Assembly: GCF_964355755.1 (NCBI RefSeq)
Contig: NC_092671.1
Span: 39,938,304 to 40,002,303 of the forward strand
DNA from: Antedon mediterranea
Taxonomy: Eukaryota; Animalia; Echinodermata
Reading direction: 5' to 3'
DNA: 64,000 bases
Position numbers and translations under genes: made by a program. Numbering within the stretch: position 1 is the stretch's first letter; each line of letters starts with the position of its first letter. This document shows positions 1 through 13,944 of the stretch, piece after piece. The notes below the pieces were generated by a model that was not told the origin of the DNA, searched no databases, and saw only the letters and a program-made list of their open reading frames with translations.

Positions 1-3000
1 TGTAACGCGTTTTGTATAATCACTGACGTTTTTTTAATTAATCAAGGATACAAATTTAATACAAATAATAATATATTACAAATTGATATATTAATAGCTT
101 GAATGACTAGATTTATGAGATTCGTACACAAAGTGTATTACTAACCAAAAATAGAATTAAAAGTTGGATAAAATGTGTTGCTTTAACATTCACTAACCAG
201 ACCGCTGACGTACACATCGGAATGTATTTGAACTCAAAGAGCAAATATTGTACGATGATCAGCAAACACACTTACGCTCCTCCTCACATTATTTTTAAAG
301 CTTCCTTTAATTTTTTATCGTAATAAATTCTATTACTGATATTTATGATTACAGTATTTACACGAACATAATGGTAAAAATAGTAACGCGCATATAAAAC
401 AAAAAACGGAAATGCGTACATTACGCGTTTCCGTATACAGCGCGTTAGCGTAAACCAATACGCATTTCCATACGCTCTCTGTACAATACATACGCACTTC
501 CGAATGCGCTATTGCGTATTACAATACACGCGTTACCATAGGCTACCGCCGAAGAACAATATGAAATTAATGTGATATGTCGTTGTGTTTAGAAGGAAAA
601 CCAATTATGGTTTGTCCTTCTAGGTTTCCTCAGATTGCTAAATAGACTCTTTGTCATAGAATAAGATGACAACGAGACGACGACAGCAAATTTAATTCTT
701 AATCTTACTCAAATTTTGAAAATTAATGGTTTTACACAGCGCGCCAATCAACTATTTTACCTACTCTCGTCGATTAGCCAACATGCTAAAGATAATGGAT
801 GGATACAAAGCTATTACATAATTGTATCACCACACCAGTTGTTACATGTATATCGACGTATACAGACATTTAAATAAAAATGATTTTAAATATCACATAA
901 AATGTAAAAAATCGCGTACGTTCCCAAGGCAACCGCAAACAACAAACAAAAATGAGCAATAATTACAATTGCAAAAGAAAAGTAATAAAAAAGGATGTTT
1001 TACCATGCGAACCTCCATGTAGCTGACATTACGTAATCCCTACGTGTAGAAATCCTTATTTAACTGCATTTTCTTAAAATCCATAATAAGTCCAAGTGAT
1101 GTTAGTTTCCAAATGTAGATCTGTTTGTTTAAAAAAAGAACGAAACAACGATGATATAATAAAAATCCAATAGAGAAATACGAAAGCGTTACAGGCTCTG
1201 TCTGTAAAGTAACCAAGAAGGAACATATACTTGAACGATATATCTTGACTTGAGGAGTAAGTAAGGTAAGCTCACTGTGTGATGTTCATAGTACTAAATG
1301 AGGCTCACTTAGTAAGTTACACTGTTTGATAGATTCACCACTTACTAAATATATGGAGCAAAGTCTGCTGCCCTCACATGCTAAAATGTCACGCCTACTG
1401 CTGAGTGCTGTATCGATCTAAGCACCCTTACTACCTAAGAGGAGTATGACACGCGAAAGCACTACCACCAATCAAAACAGACATATCCATTACCCACTCT
1501 GTGTTAACAACACGCACGAGTCTTTAAATAGTATCGTAAGGGTTTAATACTTTAAATGGTCATGTTTGCTTTAATTGTCATTTTTGGCATGCAATTAAAA
1601 ACTTGTCAAGAAGATTACAGAATAAATTCGTCTTCTGAATAAACCAACAATATAACAAATAGGTACGGTAGTTATTGACTTCGATAATGCTTGTTTCCCG
1701 TCACTTTCACTAGATATCTACCATCACAACTAACCGTCAGAAACATGTTACTTTTTAAATACACCAGGTAATGAACAATTATAACTTGCTATAATAGATT
1801 TTATGATAAAAAGAGAAGTTTTTAAATGATAGCGAATGGTTGAATATTTTACAACAGTAGTCTTAAAGAAGATCCGATATATCATCTTAATAACAAATGT
1901 GAAAAGTAGGCATATTTATTTACTAATGTGTATCATCAAAGTAAAGAGTGATTGTGTAATGAATAGTGGCACCTTGAAAATTGATAAATTTGGACAAAAG
2001 TACACCTTTGTGAATGTTGTTGCACCTGTCCTGCTGGCGGTTTGAATTGAGACCATAGGCGCGCCTCCAGATGACCATAGGCCTCCAGATGACCATAGGC
2101 CTCAAGATGAACATGTCCAAAAAAAAGCCTCCTGGAGCTAGGATTAGCTGTAGGCCTGACTGGTCACACTGCGAGTACAAACTTTTCCACAAATTGAATA
2201 TTTCAAATTAAAATAAAAAATCTAAATTCTAAACCTCCAACAAATATGAAGATACAACTTGTGAACTGATGTAGCTACCATTCAAATGTTAAGTCCTAAT
2301 ATCTAGGCTACTGGATATCTGACGGCGGCCTACATTATATAACATTTCGAAAGAGAAGAAAAAATTAAATGCAAGATTTAACGATGTTAAATTAATTTTT
2401 GATAGCTTGGAAATACCACCAGAATGGACATTGTACCTCCCACATAGTTTTTAATTTTAAGAAAGTTTTACGACGATTGATTTTTTATGAATCTCCATAT
2501 AGGGTAACCAGGTCAATATGGAGCGCGTATGTGGACAAAATTTGATTCATTTTCTATAATTTAATATCATATTTAATATAGCTTGTTTAAACAATTGTTA
2601 CAATTCAACAAAGGCACCGCAGCTGCACAGCATTTCTGTGTAACTGTATATAGATTTCAGCGATAAAAATACGTATCACTATATCTAGAATTAAATTGCT
2701 TAAAATGAATTCTAAAACTGTGTTACGCACAATTCTAATTATTCTCCTATTCGTATGTATGTGAAAATAAAATTCTCAGGATATTGTTAAATGTCAGAAT
2801 AATCTTAGAAGGAGCCAACGGTCTTTTAACCCGAGGACATTCGGATAGCTTCTGCTATTGTTGCCCCAAACAGTAAGCCTACACTTAATCAGTGTAATAC
2901 ATTTGTAATATTTAGATGCAGATACTGATCGTCGGAATGCGTTGCATATATGCTACAGGTTGTTGCTTTTAGATTATATTTATCTTATCTATTCGTCGTT

Positions 3001-3632
3001 TAATTTTTGTGAACTTTTCTAGTCGAATTTGACCTGAGCGTGCCACTAATGAGAAGATGGTATGGTGTTGATATTGTTGCTAATATCCATGGGAACGTAT
3101 TTACAAATTAAAAATACTGCAGATACGTAATGTAATCTCAAGATGAAACGTATACAATACCGAAATGAATTGAATAATTACGTTCGTAAAATTTATTTTA
3201 TTCATTCATTCAATCTTTTATTTCGGAATCTCTAGTCCATAGAAAGTAAAATTACGCATAAATTAATTTAAAAACTACTAATTACTAACTACTCATCTCA
3301 GGATGGCATTCTACCTGGAATATATTTCCTAAACCAAATACATATATTATATTGTTTTGTTTGGGGACAAGCCGCTTTATAAAGTACAGTATTAACATTA
3401 CATGTTTAATATTTACGAATTTTTATATATAATTATGGTAGAATAATTATTACAAAACTTAATTATGTAGTTTATAACTTCTTAAAACTTCTACGTAAGT
3501 TCAATGAGGTACGACTACACATTAGAACAACAAGTGTAAGCATCTCTCAAAATGTACCGATACAAAAATAATATACCGGTGTCATCCACTTAAAGTGTGA
3601 ACATGACAACCAATGAACACGTATTTGACATA

Positions 3633-4197
3633 TATACATGATGAGCACTGTTCACACTCAGCTAGGTATACATGATGAGCACTGTTCACACTACTCAGCT
3701 AGGTATACATGATGAGCACTGTTCACACTACTCAGCTAGGTATACATGATGAGCACTATTCACACTCAGCTAGGTATACATGATGAGCACTGTTCACACT
3801 CAGCTAGGTATACATGATGAGCACTATTCACACTCAGCTAGGTATACATGATGAGCACTGTTCACACTCAGCTAGGTATACATGATGAGCACTGTTCACA
3901 CTCAGCTAGGTATACATGATGAGCACTGTTCACACTACTCAGCTAGGTATACATGATGAGCACTGTTCACACTACTCAGCTAGGTATACATGATGAGCAC
4001 TATTCACACTCAGCTAGGTATACATGATGAGCACTGTTCACACTCAGCTAGGTATACATGATGAGCACTATTCACACTCAGCTAGGTATACATGATGAGC
4101 ACTGTTCACACTACTCAGCTAGGTATACATGATGAGCACTGTTCACACTCAGCTAGGTATACATGATGAGCACTGTTCACACTCAGCTAGGTATACA
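3633..4197. repeat. Minisatellite, 34/37-bp unit x16
   Basis: Unit TATACATGATGAGCACT(G/A)TTCACACT(ACT)CAGCTAGG. Confidence 0.97.
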
Positions 4198-4895
4198 TTC
4201 ATCCAAAAATGATGAAGTTTATTCTAATCTATTAATATCATTTTGCCTATAGCAGCAGCCTTCTTAAGATGAGTCAGTACTAAGTATGACAAACCATGAG
4301 TATAGGTATGTCGTCAAGCAATGATTCATGTCAATTAATTGATTAAGTACATTCTTGAATTAAACAGGCTTACTACCGATCACTCTTTTAAGAACACACT
4401 TACAGTATATGCTAATGTAAATACAAGATTAAAATGTATTATTGCACTAAGGAATCATTATTCGCTTGCTGGCATCTGTACAGGGACAGATTCTGATAAA
4501 GGTGAGGTAATGTCTTTATGTACAATTACACTTATTTGGGATTTAAACTTAATTTAGTATTGAATGAATATACCGATTGTACACTGTTTGAATCACATAA
4601 ATTTAAAAATACATATTTGAGAGTGAGAGAATTTTATGTATTGCAGGTGATTGTGAAACAGAGAGTGTAGCTATTGCAAAATGATGTCTTGGTATCAAAC
4701 TATGGATATTTCAAAATTGGTATAGGCCTACATGACTAATTTCGAGGCACGCGAAATACGTATAAAATTGACTCCCACACGAGACAGCAAAGGAAAGAAT
4801 CACAGTTGATCCGGCAATGACAAATCCACTTTCTCCACCATGGAATTGAAACGGCCGGTGATGTCACAATCTATGATGTAGGCCACCATTGGTTA

Positions 4896-5019
4896 AGCGT
4901 GGTTCCCACTAGGACGCAACGCAAGGACGAGCGCAGCACAAGTGTGTGACCAACCAAATGACAATCCATAGCGTTGCGCGTACTTTATTGCGTGCGTGCG
5001 TCCAAGTGTGAACCAATCG
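4896..5019. mobile_element. MITE family A, diverged copy
   Basis: AGCGTGGTTCCCACTAGGACGCAACGCAAGGACG start, with a decayed inverted end. Confidence 0.7.
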
Positions 5020-5300
5020 TTGAGTATTCTACTCTTGATAGTGTATCATCACGTATTAGTGTTAACATGTTCGGGTCAAAAGGTGACGTAGACAAGATCG
5101 AACTATTTTGCCTATCGGGAGAAGGAGGAGAAAGTTAAGCCCTGTTGCATCAGGGTCAATGGTAAGGTTTAATGAAGACCAGACATGACACACCCGTTGT
5201 CTCAGTCTTCAACTCAAACAATATTAACCTACTTGCTCCATAAGTGAAATTATCACATTGTACTAACATTCCAAGGAACTTCAAGAAATTAACGTTTAAG

Positions 5301-5650
5301 AGCGAGTCATATGGCCGAGCGGTTGAGGCAGGGGCGCCGTTTACCGTACCTAAAGAGCCAACAACAACATCGGCAAGGGTTCGAGGCCTAGTTCTGGTGG
5401 TGGAACAAGTCTTCTCGGATAAGGACTATAAACCGTAGGTCCAGTGTACACAGTTATAACCTGTGTGTACTATAAGAACCCAGTTCATTATTCGAAAAAG
5501 AGTAGGGGGTTACCCCGGTGAACTGGTTCACACAATAGCCCCTGTATCAGGGGGATTACCCCCTATCTGATAGGACAGTGATTAATTCACTATTGGTAAT
5601 CCTTGGCCACATTGCCTAAAGACATAAAATAAAATTAAAAAAAATAAAAA
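5301..5650 (+). mobile_element. tRNA-derived SINE with Deu/Nin-like central domain, copy 1
   Basis: A-box TGGCCGAGCGG and B-box GGTTCGAGGCC. Core TCGGATAAGGACTATAAACCGTAGGTCC...AAGAACCC...TTCGAAAAAGAGTAGGGGGTTACCCCGGTG resembles the DeuSINE domain (recalled, not searched). A-rich tail. Nearly identical to 13945..14305 but with a ~10-nt deletion after the B-box. Confidence 0.85.
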
Positions 5651-7510
5651 GAACATGAACAGAGAGGATTACAATAGATCTAACCACGAACTAAAATAGT
5701 GTAAAACATTTCACAATTTTCTTTGCTAAGCTCTAAACCTCAGAATTACGCCACAGGCAGATTGCTTCCTTACTCAAACCACAGCCATGACAGCAGGGCG
5801 CTACACCAACAGTAATGACAGATAAATAAATGTCAAAAGATTCTAGATTTATTTAAGTTACGATACACCCGGGCAAACTTTGAATTGATCCTTAGGCCTA
5901 AGGAGGACCTTTGGAAGTTAAATCGCCGGCCCATTTTTTAAGAGGGGTATATTATAGATAATTTCCTCCTCCATGGGTTGTACCAAATCAGCAGCTCATG
6001 TGTGATGTTGAATTTAATGATCCTTTTAGGCCACATCACACCAGGGAGATCTCCCTGATCAAACTTAATATTAATATTGAGGAGTGTCGGTACAATTGCC
6101 AATTCTTGCCGCCGCAGATGTTCGTCTTTCACACACATTCCATTTATTCACTACGTCACATTCTTTCTGAATTTCATCTTGACCTTGCAGGCCATAAATT
6201 CAGATATTTTTTTCAAAACTCTTTGCACGAATTTGGTTAGTGAAAGTTTATAATAATAATCTCGTCTAAATTGATCTTTGTGACACTTATAACAAGCATA
6301 CTTGATCAAATTACTACCGGTCACAAAGATCAAACTCATAGCAATATTTGAAATTGAAAAGTGTCGAAATTTTGACTCAACAATGACAATACATAAAAGT
6401 TAATTACACGAGATTATTATAAATTGGCTTGTTAATGTACTGCTGCGAAAAACAATCCGATACAATTCGTTCTGGCTATTACACGCTGACAAAGATATTC
6501 ACCCGTTACATACATACATACATATGATCCTAAGTTATGGTTCAGATTCATTTTACATTCTTACACTTCAATTCAATTTATTCAGGATTTTACAAAACAA
6601 ACAATAACACATACATCACATATGGTAGACCCGTTTTCGATGGGACGTCCCTGCTCTTACTCTTAAGTATAGCATGTGTACTCTTAGTACAAATGCTAAT
6701 TAATTATTATTTTATAATATCACGAACAATGTTCATTGAACGAGTTGTGCTGTATACACCAGTCTCGTAAATAAATAAAGTTTATATCAAGCAGAAAGTT
6801 CCGGGTTCGAATCTCGGTTGGGGGAGATTTCCTCATCTTTATCGTTTCAAATTAATTATTTAAATTTCAGTATATCACCGGGCAGTTTAGATTTCATGTT
6901 CCGTACCTGATGTGTTTATATACTCATATCAGTGTATATGAATTTAATCCTGGTCGGAAGTGAAATAAATCCCGACTTTGAAAGCCCATCTCTCCTTCAA
7001 CCCTGAATGTGCTAATATATAAATGGGTGATTTCGAATCTTCTACGTGGCCTATGTTGAAGTACGTCACAGTAATGTTGTTGGATACAATATAATAATAA
7101 TAGTAAATACAATATATATAATAATAATAGTAAATACCAGAAGAGCAACGAGCCGGTTTTAATGGCGACACGGAGTCAGGAGGAGAAGTAATTAACGAAC
7201 ATCAATATCAACGGAATTCAATAATCACGTCACATTGAAGTGAAAAGCATCTTGGTCTATTCTATGAAATGTGTGAAAATATGGACGGTTGGTTGTCTAA
7301 GGCAATCTGTTGATATAGCATCTCACGCAGAAACAGACAATACACTGCAGTGTTTACAGTAATTATACAAATTATTATATTAAAAATAAAAAAACCTAAA
7401 TGAGTTTTTGTTTTATGTAATAAATAATTATTGTATTAAATATTATTGTATTCTATTCGCGGACATACGTGGGTCTATACCATTATTCACGAATACAAAA
7501 CTGTATTACC

Positions 7511-7757
7511 CAAAAGGTCTATGTTTAAAGCGTGGACGTAACGCAACGCAAGTGAATTGACCAATCACAAAAGGTCTATGTTTAAAGCGTGGACGTAACG
7601 CAACGCAAGTGAATTGACCAATCACAAAAGGTCTATGTTTAAAGCGTGGACGTAACGCAACGCAAGTGAATTGACCAATCACAGAAGGTCTATGTTTAAA
7701 GCGTGGACGTAACGCAACGCAAGTGAATTGACCAATCACAGAAGGTCTATGTTTAAG
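7511..7757. repeat. Minisatellite, 57-bp unit x~4.3, containing MITE-A sequence
   Basis: Unit CA(A/G)AAGGTCTATGTTTAAAGCGTGGACGTAACGCAACGCAAGTGAATTGACCAATCA. Confidence 0.95.
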
Positions 7758-7871
7758 GTGATCAATTTCGGTTTGTATTATATCCATGCTTTCATTGATG
7801 GATATACTTTTTGGAGAATGTAATATTTTAAGCCAATGTGCACATTAGTGACGTCATAAATAAGAATAAGA

Positions 7872-8075
7872 CAATAATAATAGTTCATTCTTATATAGCG
7901 CTCTACAAGCAAGCTTCTCTAAGCGTTGAACATTATTACCCCAGTCATTTTTTGGATCAAACACGTATGGAAACATACTCCCATAATTCAGCTAGTAACC
8001 AGCGCAAAGTTATGTCTTGATCTAACCGGGTACCCATTTATATACCTGGGTGGAGAGAGGCAAACGTGAGTAAAG
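7872..8075 (-). mobile_element. 3' fragment of a CORE/Meta-type SINE with L2-like tail
   Basis: Minus strand reads ACTTTACTCAC..TGCCTCTCTCCACCCAGGTATATAAATGGGTACC (typical SINE core) and ends AGCGCTATATAAGAA..(TAT)n. Confidence 0.65.
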
Positions 8076-9361
8076 TATGTATACCAGTGATGGTAGTGAA
8101 CTGTATCATAGAAATCTGGCACCACCTTACATTTTGTTATCTTCTAAACATAGCACACAACTAAGGAAATATATACAATTGTATACGGTACTTTATTTTG
8201 GTCGTATAGTTAAAATAGAATGATCAGGGAGTCTCTTACTTATGTTTAAAGTGTACTTACCAACTAACAGCAGCAGGCCTACAAACATTCCAATACAACT
8301 TTAACAACATTCCAAAATTATCACAAACAACATTAATGTTCTCTCCAGGTGGCCAACTAAATAACACTAAGGAAAGACAGCGACACGCAGCAGCAAAAAG
8401 TATCAATTCTTTTCATGGCTTTTGTTATAGAAACAATAAGTTATCTAATGAAGCAACTAATTATCTATACACTGTACTCCATCGTGTGGACTGACGAGTT
8501 TGGATGGTATCGACGTTTAGGAGCAAAACGATGCATTCAAAGTCTCAAACGGGATGAACTGATATATATATAATGTAAAACACACAGAGGAACTAAAGGA
8601 TAAGTTTACAAATAGATGACAGAAAATTCGGATACAAACCGTCAAACCGTGAACTTTTCTGAAATTCGGCAGATCGTAAGCGTGCATTAAGAGGACTTGG
8701 TAATCGTTTTAACACCATTGAACCAAGGTCTCGTTTACTATTTAACCTTATTGATTATTTCTTCTATAGACACGAGCAACCTGCATTTTAAACTTAATTT
8801 ATCACAAAATTATGTCAATTAGCGGCTCATATAAGACCTTAACCTTCTAGAATTAAAAAGGTTTACGACACAAATGGTACAAAATTCCACTGCCTTGCGA
8901 ATACCTAATAAGCACTTTTGGAACCGAAAATTACGAAAAGACGAAATATAAAATTAATTTTTTAAAATTCCAATTTAATTCATAGAATTGGAAGCAATAA
9001 AAATGTATTTATTTTTCATTTTGTCATCAATAGATTCGTTAACATTTGGAAATTGGTTATTTTATTTTTAAACCGACATAATAGTTAACTCACAGTTCTT
9101 CAAGCCGATACGATTTCATTGTATATTTTTACATGTGACACTAAAGTTAATCTGAATCTGTCGAAATGAAGAGAATTATTGAAAACACGATTAGTTTGAA
9201 TGGAATCGTGTGCAGAGCCAACAACGGAAAACATTAATCCTTACTAATAATAATATGAATGCAAAATAATGACAAATTGGTGACGCTGCAAAAATATTTA
9301 AAATAGTAGGCCTATATCTTGTTAATAATGGCGTGTCTGGATATTCTGCTTGTTACCAACC

Positions 9362-9507
9362 AAATAGCACGCGCGACGCATGATGGGAAGGGTTCGGGAG
9401 AAAACGTCACGACGCGTACGTGCGTGATTTGTTGTTTTACGTACGCGTACCCTTCCCACCATGCATTGTGCAATGACGTTCTCTCGAGAAAGCAAGCTAT
9501 TTGCGAT
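9362..9507. mobile_element. Repeat family C (MITE-like), copy 1
   Basis: Shares GCGCGACGCATGATGGGAAG...CCCTTCCCA..CATTGTGCAATGACG...AAGCTATTT(T)GCGAT with 22216..22372. Internal inverted repeat. Confidence 0.65.
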
Positions 9508-9845
9508 CAACAATATTATGAAGAATTATACAATACACAATATTATTGACTTAAGGTCAGAAAACGAGGTTAATTAACTATTTTTGAATCAAACTATTTT
9601 TTTTTATCGTGGCTTCTATTATTATCTATGATAATGACTTATTTGTGATCAGGATGGCCATACGACATACTGTAAATCAAACGGTATTATTTGAGATTAC
9701 TGAGTATTGATAAACAAAGAAGTACGTACTAGAAAGGAAATTAAATTATATCAATATGCCTAATTTATATATTATACCAATGTTGTTGAGTTACGGTGTA
9801 AAAATGTTCACATGAGGTAGGGTGAATCAAACGTGGCACAAGTAA

Positions 9846-9994
9846 AGCTCTGTCTACACTATCAAACAAAACATGTGATGTGCCCATATATGGACATGAC
9901 GATGTCATATTATACCATATTTGAGCTCACCACTTACCATATTTGGGCACATCACATTTTTTTGTCAAACTAGTTTGACAGTGTAGACAGAGCT
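9846..9994. mobile_element. MITE family B (AGCTCTGTCTACACT TIR), PIF/Harbinger-like
   Basis: TIRs AGCTCTGTCTACACTATCAAAC / GTTTGACAGTGTAGACAGAGCT with perfect 3-bp TSD TAA. Confidence 0.88.
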
Positions 9995-10240
9995 TAATAC
10001 AATTTGCTTCTCAAGTAGAAGCCAATGAAGAAACACATTACGTTTGTGTGCGATTGCGCTGTAAAACGCGTTTGCGTCGCATGTACACGCAAAGACTGCA
10101 ATCATGTTAAATATATCAACATAATTACCTATCTCTTTAATTGAATGCATTTAGCTTGGTCATGGGCAAACCTCTATTATCTTTGATAATGTTTGTCTAC
10201 ACTTAACATTCTTTTCTCGAGTACTGGTATGTGCAACCAA

Positions 10241-10325
10241 AAAGCCAGTAAGGCAAGTAGGCCTAGTCAAAGCCAGTAGGCAAGTAGGCCTAGTCAAAGC
10301 CAGTAGGCAAGTAGGCCTAGTCAAA
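10241..10325. repeat. 27-bp tandem repeat x3
   Basis: Unit AAGCCAGTAGGCAAGTAGGCCTAGTCA. Confidence 0.9.
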
Positions 10326-10745
10326 CAGAAAATGAATAATATAATAATAAATAATACAAATGATATGAGTAAATATCGAGTAGAAACAAGCTATCGTCAC
10401 CATTATTTATTTATATATAACATTCTGTCTATGCAGACATTTTACCTACTTTTTATTTGTTGTCATCTCACAGCCAGATTTGTGAAAATGATTATGCGTA
10501 ATAGAGAAATCACACATTTTAAACATCATTTTGTCACAATAAATACAAGATAAGATGATGACGCAAGGGAAAATGTTGCCCTTTCGTTTTATTTTTCAAG
10601 GTTACATTAATTCCCTACTTATACTTTTATTTAGCCCTCTCGGAAATTGAAAGGAAATTGGCATGGCAGAAAAAACATGAAAGTAAATTTTTTATCAGAC
10701 AGCAGAAATCCATCCACACTTTACAAAATCGAACTTGTTGCTTAA

Positions 10746-11341
10746 AGGCCGGGTGCGGGCAAAAAATTTCTATTGATCATACATTCCAATAATTATCGAT
10801 CTATAGTTTCCCCTATGTTTCATAATTTTTGGGATTTTATTTGTGTTACACGAGCTTTTTGAAAATAAGCACTTTCTTATCAGTGGGGGGATAGTTCAAA
10901 TTACACAGTAAAATCTCTATTCTTTTGTACACACATTTTGTAAATAGAGAGGAATTTTAAAAAGCTATGAAAAATAAACGGTGTGGTAAAAAATGTTATC
11001 AGATGACTAAATATAGGTAATATAACTTGAATATTACATTTCTGATATTTTTATTCAACTTCAGATTTTTATTTTCATGCTATAGCAACAATTATCCACC
11101 GTATATCCACCATCTTTTTTCACCATCTAGGGAGTCACCAGACATGTTATTACATTAGGTTAACTATCTAACTACTGAAAAAAAGTCTTCCTGGTTTTTA
11201 TGGAAGAATTTTGCCAAATTTTGTATTTGATACCATATTAAGGGAAATTCATGTTTTTTCGTCTCGATTTCTGTTACAAATATTTGATTTATGTACAATT
11301 AACCAAATATTATATTTAAAATTCATGCCTGTACCTGAGCT
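10746..11341. mobile_element. Possible Kolobok-like non-autonomous element
   Basis: Flanked by TTAA. Imperfect inverted ends AGGCCGGGTGCGGGCA / TGCCTGTACCTGAGCT (11/16 match). Confidence 0.35.
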
Positions 11342-11484
11342 TAAGGTAACCGAGTACGGCGTTGAGAGAGAAATGCAAGACTGGCAACCTGAAACCTATA
11401 CAGATGCCCCACTGGAGGATCAATAGTAACACAATGTTCAAATATGGACTCTTTTCATCCAACATTCTTAGCGGAAACCATTAA

Positions 11485-11646
11485 AGCTTGGTTCCCACTA
11501 GGACGCAACGCAAGGACGTAAGAGCAAGCGAATTGTCCAATGGCAAGCGAATTGTCCAATGACAAGCGACGGCTTTGCGCTTGTGATTGGTCAATTCACG
11601 TATTTGCGGCTCTTACGTCCTTGCGTTGCGTAGTGGGAACCAAGCT
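11485..11646. mobile_element. MITE family A (AGCTTGGTTCCCACTAG... TIR), near-perfect hairpin copy, PIF/Harbinger-like
   Basis: Long TIRs AGCTTGGTTCCCACTAGGACGCAACGCAAGGACGTAA / TTACGTCCTTGCGTTGCGTAGTGGGAACCAAGCT, with TAA/TTA flanks. Confidence 0.85.
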
Positions 11647-12413
11647 TTAGTTTGCATGCGCAGTACATACAATGCACAATCCCTGTCCTATATAATAAAA
11701 CGTCATCCTAGAGAGACATCGATATGTTTATATTATAACTATTATTAGGCTCTATTGAATAGGTTCCATGGTTCTTACTAAGAATGAAAATAAATGTATA
11801 AATAAATGTATAATGTTATGGTAATAAAGAATATTAGTCTTACCATGCGTTCAGACGCAGACGCCCCACGCCTCCCGTGATACCAATGTTATTGGGTGCC
11901 GCGATCGGTGTATTTACACACTGTCGGCTAATTATATGATGTTCTATTTATAGCCTATGTTACTATTTATAGACTGCATATCAATGGATACATGATAACA
12001 ATATTTAGTTTGTAAAGATATACAGGTAAATGACCTGCTTATTGACTCATTTAAATTATTTACTTTGTAAAATGTCAAAGAATTTTAATTTTTCGTGTTT
12101 ATTTTATTTTTTTTTTTATTATTGTATGTTTGGAAACATTATTGATGCGTGTGCCCGTTTCATGTTCGCGTTATTACAAAGAATACAGTTTATGACGTCA
12201 GCGGTATTGTCAATTAAAATGCCCTCAAGTTATTTGGTAAGCCAATCCCTTATTGCCGTTATTTTGAACAATTACGGGTAAATGCTATTGATATCATATC
12301 GAATAATCGATTTGAGTAAAATACCAAAGGTTACACGGAACGTAAGCTGTGACGCGTCGCCGGAATTAAGATATAAACAAACTATCGACTTCCGGCCGTT
12401 GATACCACCCTTA

Positions 12414-12587
12414 AGCTTGGTTCCCACTAGAACGTAACACAAGGACGTAAACGCAACGCAAGCGTTTTAACCAATGACAAGCGAAGTTATAGACAGTTAC
12501 CAATCACAAGCGAATAAGACTTGTGATTGGTCAATTCACTTGCGTTGCGTTACGTTCTTGCGTTGCGTCGCTAGTGGAAACCACGCT
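12414..12587. mobile_element. MITE family A copy
   Basis: AGCTTGGTTCCCACTAG...CTAGTGGAAACCACGCT. Confidence 0.82.
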
Positions 12588-12602
12588 TCACCAGGACAGT
12601 TA

Positions 12603-12762
12603 AGCGTGGTTCCCACTAGAGACGTAAACGCAAGGACGTACGCACAACGCAGACGAGTTGACCAATAACAAGCCACTGTTCGAATAATCCATCGCTTGTG
12701 ATTGTTCAAATCATTTACGTTGCGTTACGCTCTTGCGTTGCGTCCCTAGCGGGAACCAAGCT
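12603..12762. mobile_element. MITE family A copy, adjacent to the previous one
   Basis: AGCGTGGTTCCCACTAG...CTAGCGGGAACCAAGCT, running into a family B end. Confidence 0.82.
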
Positions 12763-13387
12763 GTCTACACTATCACATTTTAACAAATTTACTTTCTGTA
12801 ACTAAATTCGTAGTTCCTCATACCAATCACAAATGTTTATTTCAACATTTTTTATAAATTTGATTTATAACAATTAAAAAAATAAATAAACATTTTATTG
12901 TCTATAGTTATTGTATGAAAAGGCCAATAATTGGCCAATTATTGATCATATATCATAAACCTGTGACAGTAATGTGACTGCTCCAACAAAATGATTTAAG
13001 TGCCTCAAAACATTGTTTTAGTAGTCGTGCTGTAGTCGGGTAGTAGACGTGTACAAACTTTCTGAGGACCGACATAGTCGTTAAAATGACGAAATTATGC
13101 CTAATAAAAATGTATCTACGGAAAAAAACACATTAACGTAGGCCTACAATAAATCAAATCTTTCACCAAAAGTTAAAATAGGGTAGGCATAATGGTCCGG
13201 ATGACGGAAGGAAAATGTAATGTCCTGGCCAAACAATTCAGACTTCCTTAAATTAAACATGATTTGACAGTCATGTCCTAACATGGCTTTTGAGAATAAC
13301 ACATTGGCCCAAGCACGACGTGTACTTAAATTAATCTATATAACACAACGGTGAAAATGACACTTTTTGTGAGGACATAACACAAGA

Positions 13388-13471
13388 CCAGTAGTACGGC
13401 ACCAGTAGTATGCCACCAGTAGTACGGCACCAGTAGTACGGCACCAGTAGTACGGCACCAGTAGTACGGCA
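13388..13471. repeat. 14-bp tandem repeat x6
   Basis: Unit ACCAGTAGTACGGC. Confidence 0.92.
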
Positions 13472-13944
13472 AACTAAATTTATAAATTCTGAAACAACAG
13501 AATTGTATTAGCACAATATTTGTTTAATATAATTTAGGTGTAATGTTCATGAGAAAGGGTGGATCGCGTTACATCTGTGTTTGCGTAAGATATTTGATCA
13601 TGGACCCCATGAGTTCCGTGTAAGCTACCGTACTTCACGATGTGTTACCGTAATACACGTGTCATCCGACGAAAAAGGTCTGGTCACTTGAGACTATTAA
13701 AGGAGGCGCATGGCGCATGGCGCCTAGTCAATCAACGTAAACAATTTTATATTTTTTATATTTTATAATTTTTATTATGAAAGTATGTTAAAACATACTT
13801 CCATAAAAATAAAATAAAATGAATGTCAATTTCGGGGGAAGTACTAAACCACTAACTTTATGGTTATTACTAGTATAAAATAATGTTTGTTTTAAATTGC
13901 TAGATATTTCAATTTGTATTTTAATTTTATCAAATACATTAATA

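Noticed and set aside
6319-6333. 15-mer GGTCACAAAGATCAA also present at ~19558
   Set aside because: One or a few exact 15-mer matches are expected by chance in 64 kb, and the flanks show no similarity.
6790-6835. GGGTTCGAATCTCGG B-box-like sequence
   Set aside because: No A-box or cloverleaf. At most a small SINE/tRNA relic, too short to call.
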